Source: Eubacteriales bacterium (GTDB lineage: Bacteria; Bacillota; Clostridia; Oscillospirales; CAG-272). Taken from it: a stretch of 64,000 nucleotides of DNA. The translations under genes and the position numbers were made by a program. Location: the NCBI GenBank assembly GCA_045629745.1, contig JAZQRU010000004.1:29614-93613 (forward strand). The letters are read 5' to 3'. Positions 58,691 to 64,000 of this stretch are shown piece by piece (position 1 is the first letter of the stretch; each line of letters starts with the position of its first letter). Below the pieces are notes generated by a model. That model was not told the DNA's origin. It worked only from the letters and a program-made list of their open reading frames with translations, and made no database searches.

Positions 58691-59650
58691 ATGAAGCAAA
58701 ATAGTAAAAATCTTAATTTTAAAACAAATTTCAAGGCAGAAATAGGTTTTTTATTAACTTCTTTGTCGATTTTTGTTTTTGCTATGTGTCTTTCAACTCT
58801 GTTTTCACCTGTAATTTCAGAAGGTGTCAGGTCGGGAATTTCCTTTTGTATTTCCGTAATTATCCCTTCTGCATTCCCATTTATGATACTTGCAGACCTC
58901 TTGCTTTACTTTATGCATTTTGAAAAAATCAAGGCCGCAAGAGAGCTTTTTTTCCGTCTTTTTAAAATAAACGGATACGCAATTTCAGTGCTTTTAACAG
59001 GACTTATTTCGGGTTTTCCGATAGGCTCGAAGCTTGCAAGAGAGCTTTATGTTTCTGGGAAAATTTCTAAAAAGGAATGCGAGCGTCTCATAGGCTTTTC
59101 CAATAACGCAAGCCCCGCTTTCGTGATTTCAGGGATAGGCTTCGGTCTTCTCGGCTCTTTAAAAACAGGAGTTTTTCTCTATTTTATTTCGGTTATTTCT
59201 TCACTTACAGCAGGGCTTATTTGGGCACTTTTCGCAAAACGCGAAATATGCGTTGCGTGCGATTATTCAAATAGTTTTTCCTTCACAAATTCCATAAAAT
59301 CGGCAACGAAGGCAACGCTTAATATATGCGGCTTTATTTGCTTTTTCTCGGTAATTATAGATTTGCTCTGCAAAATAATAAAAAGCGAATTGGCTTTAGC
59401 GGTTATTTCTTCATTTCTTGAGGTTGGAAACGCGTCAAGATTTATAACGGAGTTAAATCTTTCCTACACAATAAAGCTTCCTCTTCTCGCCTTTGCCATA
59501 AGCTTCTCGGGAATTTCCGTACTTTTTCAGTCGAAAAGCATACTCTCGGACACGGACATTTCAATGAAAATATATTACGTAATGAAGCTTTTTTCGGGCA
59601 TACTTTCTGCAAGCCTGACTTTTTTGAGCATTTCCTTATTCGGTGCATAG
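58691..59650 (+). CDS. YlbJ-like sporulation integral membrane protein (nucleoside-recognition/Gate domain)
   Basis: 319-aa polytopic ORF. The N-terminal 'GVRSGISFCISVIIPSAFPFMILADLL' resembles YlbJ/spore-maturation Gate-domain proteins. It is shorter than the B. subtilis YlbJ I recall. Confidence 0.5.
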   Translation: MKQNSKNLNFKTNFKAEIGFLLTSLSIFVFAMCLSTLFSPVISEGVRSGISFCISVIIPSAFPFMILADLLLYFMHFEKIKAARELFFRLFKINGYAISVLLTGLISGFPIGSKLARELYVSGKISKKECERLIGFSNNASPAFVISGIGFGLLGSLKTGVFLYFISVISSLTAGLIWALFAKREICVACDYSNSFSFTNSIKSATKATLNICGFICFFSVIIDLLCKIIKSELALAVISSFLEVGNASRFITELNLSYTIKLPLLAFAISFSGISVLFQSKSILSDTDISMKIYYVMKLFSGILSASLTFLSISLFGA

Positions 59651-59659
59651 ACGTTTATA

Positions 59660-59704
59660 AATAAAAAGAGGCTAGCGCAAGTTATAAAAACTCGGTTAGC
59701 CTCT
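59660..59704 (-). terminator. Terminator after the pckG/small-lipoprotein unit (also faces the ylbJ-like gene)
   Basis: The stem agaggctagc (59667-59676) pairs with ggttagcctct (59694-59704), with a T-run on the minus strand (ttttat). Confidence 0.5.
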
Positions 59705-59736
59705 GACTTTAAAACTTTGGGATTCTCAGAATGTTA

Positions 59737-59895
59737 TTACTGTGACGGCGGAACGTAATCTATGGGTGGCAAATGCGTGCCCTTGTCGTCCGTATAAATA
59801 TCTTCGGGTATTACAGGCAAATCGTTATTATCATCGCAAGCGAAAAGGACGAATGCGAATACCAAAGATAAAAGCAAAGCTAGTAATTTTTTCAT
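59737..59895 (-). CDS. Small putative lipoprotein (52 aa), absent from the ORF track
   Basis: Hand translation gives MKKLLALLLSLVFAFVLFACDDNNDLPVIPEDIYTDDKGTHLPPIDYVPPSQ*. It has a signal peptide with lipobox L-F-A-C and an aagga RBS, sits 20 nt downstream of the pckG stop, and is followed by a terminator. Confidence 0.5.
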   Translation of the reverse strand: MKKLLALLLSLVFAFVLFACDDNNDLPVIPEDIYTDDKGTHLPPIDYVPPSQ

Positions 59896-59915
59896 TCCTT
59901 AGTTCCTTTTTTAAA

Positions 59916-61709
59916 TTATTTTGTGAGTCTTGCTTCGAGTGCCTCGAGCTCCTCGTAAAATTCTGCCGGAACTCTTGCGCCAACCTGCTTGTAGAATTCT
60001 CTGATTCCGCGGCAGTCCTCAAGCCAAAGCTCTTTATCAACGGAAAGGAGCTCTTCAAGAGTTTCCTTGGAGATATCAAGACCTTCAACGTTAATATCGG
60101 AGATGTTGGGAACGTAACCGATGGCGGTTTCGCGAGCATCAACACTTCCCTCGCAACGAGCGAGAATCCACATAAGAACTCTCATATTGTCACCGAATCC
60201 AGGCCAGATAAAGTGTCCTTCGTCATCGGTTCTGAACCAGTTAACATGGAAAATCTTGGGAGGATTCTTAGCAAGCTTGCCCATATTGATCCAGTGTGCC
60301 CAATAGTCGCCCATATCGTAACCAACGAAAGGAGGCATAGCCATAGGATCGCGGCGAACTACGCCGACAGCGCCAGCAGCTGCTGCAGTGGTTTCGGAAG
60401 CCAAAATAGAGCCGATAAATGCACCGTTCTGCCAGTTTCTCGACTGATAAACGAGGGGAGCAGTCTTTGCGCGTCTTCCGCCGAATACGATAGCGGAGAT
60501 AGGAACGCCTGCGGGATCGTTGAATTTATCGGAAAGGCAAGGACAGTTAGCTGCCATAGCGGTAAATCTGGAGTTGGGGTGAGCACCTGAGGTGTTAACC
60601 TTGTCAGCCTTGTTATAGGTGGTGTAATCCCAGTTTTCGCCCTTCCAGTTCTTAGCATTTTGGGGAGGATTATTATCAAGACCTTCCCACCAAACAGTGT
60701 TGTCGTCAAGGTTGTGACAAACGTTGGTGAAAATGGTGTCGCGCATTGCAGTGTGAAGCGCGTTGGGATTGGAGTTTTCGTTAGTTCCGGGAGCAACACC
60801 GAAGAATCCGTTTTCGGGGTTAACTGCCCAGAGTCTGCCGTCTTTGCCAACTCTAAGCCAAGCGATATCGTCGCCTACGCACCACGTCTTATATCCCTTC
60901 TTCTTATAAATTTCGGGAGGAATAAGCATTGCAAGGTTGGTCTTACCGCAAGCAGAGGGGAATGCAGCGGATATATATTTAACCTCGCCTTGGGGATTTT
61001 CAATACCGAGAATGAGCATATGCTCTGCCATCCAGCCTTCCTTACGGCCAAGATAGGATGCAATACGAAGTGCAAAGCACTTCTTTCCGAGAAGAACGTT
61101 TCCGCCGTAACCGGAGTTAACCGACCAAATGGTGTTGTCCTCGGGAAAATGGCATATGTATCTGTTCTCTTCGTCAATATCCGCGCGAGCGTGAAGTCCC
61201 TTGATAAAGTCGGGGCTGTCACCGAGAGCCTCAAGCACGTTAAGACCTACGCGAGTCATAATAAGCATATTAAGAACAACGTAAATGGAGTCGGTAAGCT
61301 CAATTCCGTACTTTGCGAAATCAGAGCCGACGACAGACATAGAATAAGGAATAACGTACATAGGCTTATTCTTGTAAGAGCCTTCGTAAAGCTTAGAAAG
61401 CTTAGCGTAGCATTCCTTGGGGTCCATCCAGTTATTGATGTTACCCGCATCCTCTTTCTTAGAGGTACATATAAATGTTCTGTTCTCTACTCTTGCAACG
61501 TCGTTGATAGCGGTTCTGTGAAGGTAGCAGTTGGGGAGCTTTTCTTCATTAAGCTTTATAAGGTCGCCATCCTTGATAGCGATTTTGCGAAGAGCCTCTG
61601 CCTGCTCTTCAGAACCGTCGATAAGAATGATATCGGAAGGCTTAACCATTTCAGCCATCTCTGAAATCCATTCGTTAACGAACTTGTTTTGGGTTACGTT
61701 AGTGTTCAT
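59916..61709 (-). CDS. pckG: Phosphoenolpyruvate carboxykinase (GTP)
   Basis: 597 aa with the kinase P-loop 'FPSACGKTNLAM', 'VFGGRRAKT' and a GTP-PEPCK layout over the full length. Confidence 0.96.
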   Translation of the reverse strand: MNTNVTQNKFVNEWISEMAEMVKPSDIILIDGSEEQAEALRKIAIKDGDLIKLNEEKLPNCYLHRTAINDVARVENRTFICTSKKEDAGNINNWMDPKECYAKLSKLYEGSYKNKPMYVIPYSMSVVGSDFAKYGIELTDSIYVVLNMLIMTRVGLNVLEALGDSPDFIKGLHARADIDEENRYICHFPEDNTIWSVNSGYGGNVLLGKKCFALRIASYLGRKEGWMAEHMLILGIENPQGEVKYISAAFPSACGKTNLAMLIPPEIYKKKGYKTWCVGDDIAWLRVGKDGRLWAVNPENGFFGVAPGTNENSNPNALHTAMRDTIFTNVCHNLDDNTVWWEGLDNNPPQNAKNWKGENWDYTTYNKADKVNTSGAHPNSRFTAMAANCPCLSDKFNDPAGVPISAIVFGGRRAKTAPLVYQSRNWQNGAFIGSILASETTAAAAGAVGVVRRDPMAMPPFVGYDMGDYWAHWINMGKLAKNPPKIFHVNWFRTDDEGHFIWPGFGDNMRVLMWILARCEGSVDARETAIGYVPNISDINVEGLDISKETLEELLSVDKELWLEDCRGIREFYKQVGARVPAEFYEELEALEARLTK

Positions 61710-61993
61710 CAGATATATCTCCTTTTTAAATTAACACTTTAAATCGCGGAAAAACGAATTTTCCTCATTTACATTATATCACAAAATATTTTATTTTGCA
61801 ATAGAATTTCGCACAAAATTTGTTAAAAAAATTTAATTTCACAGTTTTTTCTCAATTTTGGCGAAATTTGCGTTTCACGAATTTTACAACTTGCAGACGA
61901 ATGAAGTTTAATGTTGTCGAGTTAAAGTTGTAATTGGTAAATTTTACCATTTTTTATAACAAATTTTCGTCTATTTTTTTACATAATTTCCTC

Positions 61994-62022
61994 TTGTTTT
62001 AATTGGAAAATTATGGTAGAAT
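61994..62022 (+). promoter_or_regulatory. Putative sigma-A promoter (extended -10) of spo0A
   Basis: TTGTTT (61994-61999), a 17-nt spacer, then TGgTAGAAT with the hexamer at 62017-62022. It lies about 60 nt upstream of the ATG at 62081. Confidence 0.4.
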
Positions 62023-62080
62023 TGTTTTACTTCCAAAAAATCCAAATTTTACCAAAATATCAAAACAAAGGAGAAAGAAA

Positions 62081-62854
62081 ATGGAAAACAACTTAAAAAT
62101 ACTAATTTGCGACGAAAATGAAGAAGAAAGAGCAAGACTCGCAACAGGGCTTATAAAAGCGGGATACCGTGAAACCGAGGAAGCTCGAAGCAGCGACGTT
62201 GCTTTTGAAATGGTTAAGCACGGCTCATACGAGCTTGTAATTATCGACCTTTGGCTCTCGGGACTTGACGGCATAGGTCTTATAAGGAAAATAAAGAATT
62301 TATCTACAAATCCCCGTCCTTCAATTATACTTATGTCCCCCATAAACAAGCAGGCGATACTCATTGAAGCATCGGAAAGCGGCGCAGACCTTTGCATACC
62401 GAAGCCCTACGATATTACTTCTCTTATATTCCATATCGAAACGCTTATAAAATCGAAAAAACGCTCTCCCGAGGCTTTGCATAGCAACGCACATTCCGAT
62501 ATGGAAGCTCAGGTGACAAAAATCATTCACCAGATTGGTGTCCCCGCGCATATCAAGGGTTATCAATATCTACGCACCGCAATACTTATGACAATTGAGG
62601 ACAGTGACGTTATAAATTCCGTTACCAAAATTTTATATCCGAGTGTTGCGAAGAAATATCAAACGACAACCTCCCGCGTTGAAAGAGCTATCCGCCACGC
62701 AATTGAGGTTGCGTGGGACAGAGGTGACGTCGATACCCTCAACTCATACTTTGGATATACTATTCAAAACACACGCGGAAAACCCACAAACTCGGAATTT
62801 ATCGCAATGATAGCCGATAATCTTCGCCTGAAGTATAAATTTGCGCTTGCATAA
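62081..62854 (+). CDS. spo0A: Sporulation master regulator Spo0A
   Basis: 257 aa from the ATG at 62081, after aaaggag. The Spo0A-specific C-domain carries '[16 protein letters not shown]' and '[15 protein letters not shown]'. The receiver domain has 'ICDEN' (DE instead of the usual DD), 'VIIDLWL' and 'IPKPY'. Confidence 0.93.
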   Translation: MENNLKILICDENEEERARLATGLIKAGYRETEEARSSDVAFEMVKHGSYELVIIDLWLSGLDGIGLIRKIKNLSTNPRPSIILMSPINKQAILIEASESGADLCIPKPYDITSLIFHIETLIKSKKRSPEALHSNAHSDMEAQVTKIIHQIGVPAHIKGYQYLRTAILMTIEDSDVINSVTKILYPSVAKKYQTTTSRVERAIRHAIEVAWDRGDVDTLNSYFGYTIQNTRGKPTNSEFIAMIADNLRLKYKFALA

Positions 62855-62894
62855 TTTTAAAGTTAAGCTTTCGGTGTTTTCCTAAAGCGCAAAA

Positions 62895-62928
62895 AAAGAG
62901 GTTCTTTTCGTTGTAAAAGAGCCTCTTT
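62895..62928. terminator. Bidirectional terminator between spo0A and recR
   Basis: A 14-bp stem aaagaggttctttt / aaaagagcctcttt with the loop cgttgt. There is a 7-nt T-run on the minus strand. Confidence 0.6.
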
Positions 62929-62934
62929 AATATA

Positions 62935-63537
62935 TCAAAAATATCTTCTGCCTTCCATTGCTCTGAAAAGCGTAACCTCGTCTGCATACTCTATATCGCC
63001 GCCAACGGGAATTCCGTAAGCAAGGCGCGAAACCTCAACCTCGTAAGGCTCGAGAATTTTTGCAAGATATGCCGCGGTAGTGTCACCGCCCGGAGTTGGG
63101 TTCGTTGCGATAATCACTTCCTTTACCGCGCCGTCCTTTACCCTTTCGACAAGCTCCTTGAAGCTTAAGTCGTTAACGGTTACGTTATCAATGGGAGAAA
63201 GCGCACCGCCAAGTACGTGATAAACACCGCGATAGCCGCGCACCTTTTCAATTACCATAACGTCTTTTGCATTTTCTACAACGCAAATGACGGACTTATC
63301 CCTGCCCTCGTTTCTGCAAATTCCGCACTTTTCGGTATCTTCCGAAAGTCCGAAGCAGACAGGACACTTATGAACGTCTCTTTTTATACCTACAAGAGCC
63401 TCGCCAAACCGCGAAACCTCGTCGTCACTTAAATTGAGAACGGCAAATGCGTAACGCGCCGCAGTTTTAGCGCCGACGCCCGGAAGCCGTCTGAATTCTT
63501 CAATAAGCCTTTGAATAGGCGCAATGTATTCTGCCAT
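62935..63537 (-). CDS. recR: Recombination protein RecR
   Basis: 200 aa with an HhH N-terminus, the C4 zinc finger 'CPVCFGLSEDTEKCGICRN' and a Toprim domain. An ATGA overlap links it to ybaB. Confidence 0.96.
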   Translation of the reverse strand: MAEYIAPIQRLIEEFRRLPGVGAKTAARYAFAVLNLSDDEVSRFGEALVGIKRDVHKCPVCFGLSEDTEKCGICRNEGRDKSVICVVENAKDVMVIEKVRGYRGVYHVLGGALSPIDNVTVNDLSFKELVERVKDGAVKEVIIATNPTPGGDTTAAYLAKILEPYEVEVSRLAYGIPVGGDIEYADEVTLFRAMEGRRYF

Positions 63538-63884
63538 CAGAAAAGACCCGGGATTCCAAGATTTCCAAGTCCGCCGGTGATTTTTTCCATCTGCTCGGCA
63601 GAGGTGGCTTCAACCTTTTTGATAGCCTCGTTAACTGCGGCAACAATTAAATCCTCGAGGGTTTCTACGTCGTCCGGATCAACAACCTCAGGATCGATTT
63701 TCACGGAAAGAATTTCCTTTTTTCCGTTAATTTTAACGTTAACAACTCCGCCGCCCGCGGATATATCGTACTCACGAGCCTCAAGCTCCTCCTGAGTCGT
63801 AACCATATCCTCTTGCATTTTCTTAAGCATTGCCTGCATATTTCCGGGGCCGCCGCCCATACCCTGCGGTAATCTTACTTTCAT
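63537..63884 (-). CDS. ybaB: Nucleoid-associated protein YbaB/EbfC
   Basis: 115 aa with 'NMQAMLKKMQEDM...' and a YbaB-fold pattern, in dnaX-ybaB-recR synteny. Confidence 0.93.
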   Translation of the reverse strand: MKVRLPQGMGGGPGNMQAMLKKMQEDMVTTQEELEAREYDISAGGGVVNVKINGKKEILSVKIDPEVVDPDDVETLEDLIVAAVNEAIKKVEATSAEQMEKITGGLGNLGIPGLF

Positions 63885-63895
63885 TTTATATCCTC

Positions 63896-64000
63896 CTAAA
63901 ATTTCAAAGCATTTTCAATTTCGTTTGCGGGATTTGAAGAAGCATTGTTCTGAGCGATTATTTTTATTCGCACATTTTCGTGGGCAATTCCCTCTTTTTC
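63896..64000 (-). CDS. dnaX: 3' end of an ORF running in from the window edge, probably dnaX (DNA polymerase III tau/gamma) by synteny
   Basis: The frame is open from position 64000 to TAG at 63896-63898 (...EKEGIAHENVRIKIIAQNNASSNPANEIENALKF*). Identity is inferred only from the conserved dnaX-ybaB-recR order. Confidence 0.4.
   Translation of the reverse strand, partial: EKEGIAHENVRIKIIAQNNASSNPANEIENALKF

Noticed and set aside
59742-61664. Two very long plus-strand ORFs (59742-60590, 282 aa; 60660-61664, 334 aa) antisense to pckG.
   Set aside because: They lie entirely inside a full-length, motif-complete GTP-PEPCK gene on the other strand and have no RBS. Their translations are Arg/Ser/Cys/Val-rich with no recognisable domain. 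They are best explained as shadow ORFs caused by strong codon bias that avoids TTA/CTA/TCA in the real gene.
1-64000. Search for CRISPR arrays, IS elements or transposases, integrases, prophage genes, restriction-modification, toxin-antitoxin or other defence modules, and rRNA.
   Set aside because: None was found by eye. There is no regularly spaced direct-repeat array, no DDE or tyrosine/serine recombinase-like ORF and no terminal inverted repeats bracketing genes. All large ORFs are assigned to housekeeping, sporulation or metabolism families. A computational repeat or HMM scan could still reveal something I missed.

Overview
This window is a core chromosomal segment of a spore-forming Firmicute, Clostridia-like, since spo0A, spoVT, yqfC-yqfD and a ylbJ-like gene are all present. 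I can support about 59 protein-coding genes, roughly three quarters of them on the minus strand. There are two tRNAs (Thr-CGT at 38848-38923, Leu-CAA at 49612-49698) and one candidate structured ncRNA of about 200 nt (6S-like, 43001-43210). I also read a set of sigma-A-type promoters and rho-independent terminators directly from the sequence. The content is mostly housekeeping blocks with Bacillus-like synteny: a Na+-pumping decarboxylase operon; tilS-ftsH; yybS-gdpP-rplI-dnaB; recG-rarA; comEC; ychF; prfA-sua5-topoisomerase A; ackA next to tmcAL; spoVT; rsmA; lepA-hemW; mutS2; yqfC-yqfD-phoH-ybeY-era-recO; pckG; spo0A; and dnaX(partial)-ybaB-recR. I found no rRNA, CRISPR array, transposase, integrase, phage module or recognisable defence or toxin-antitoxin system, and I cannot point to a novel multi-gene system here. 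The items most worth a second look are: (1) an in-frame CoaE::M18-aminopeptidase fusion that keeps an internal Shine-Dalgarno/ATG at the junction; (2) the 6S-like RNA between a DUF1292 gene and a polysaccharide-deacetylase gene; (3) a 52-aa lipoprotein ORF downstream of pckG that is absent from the ORF track; (4) a PDT/ACT-like protein plus a TSCPD mini-protein upstream of phosphoglucomutase; (5) phased 0A-box-like heptamers upstream of spo0A; (6) a 22-nt exact repeat shared by two distant terminator hairpins; (7) a ComEC whose metallo-beta-lactamase motif looks degenerate.
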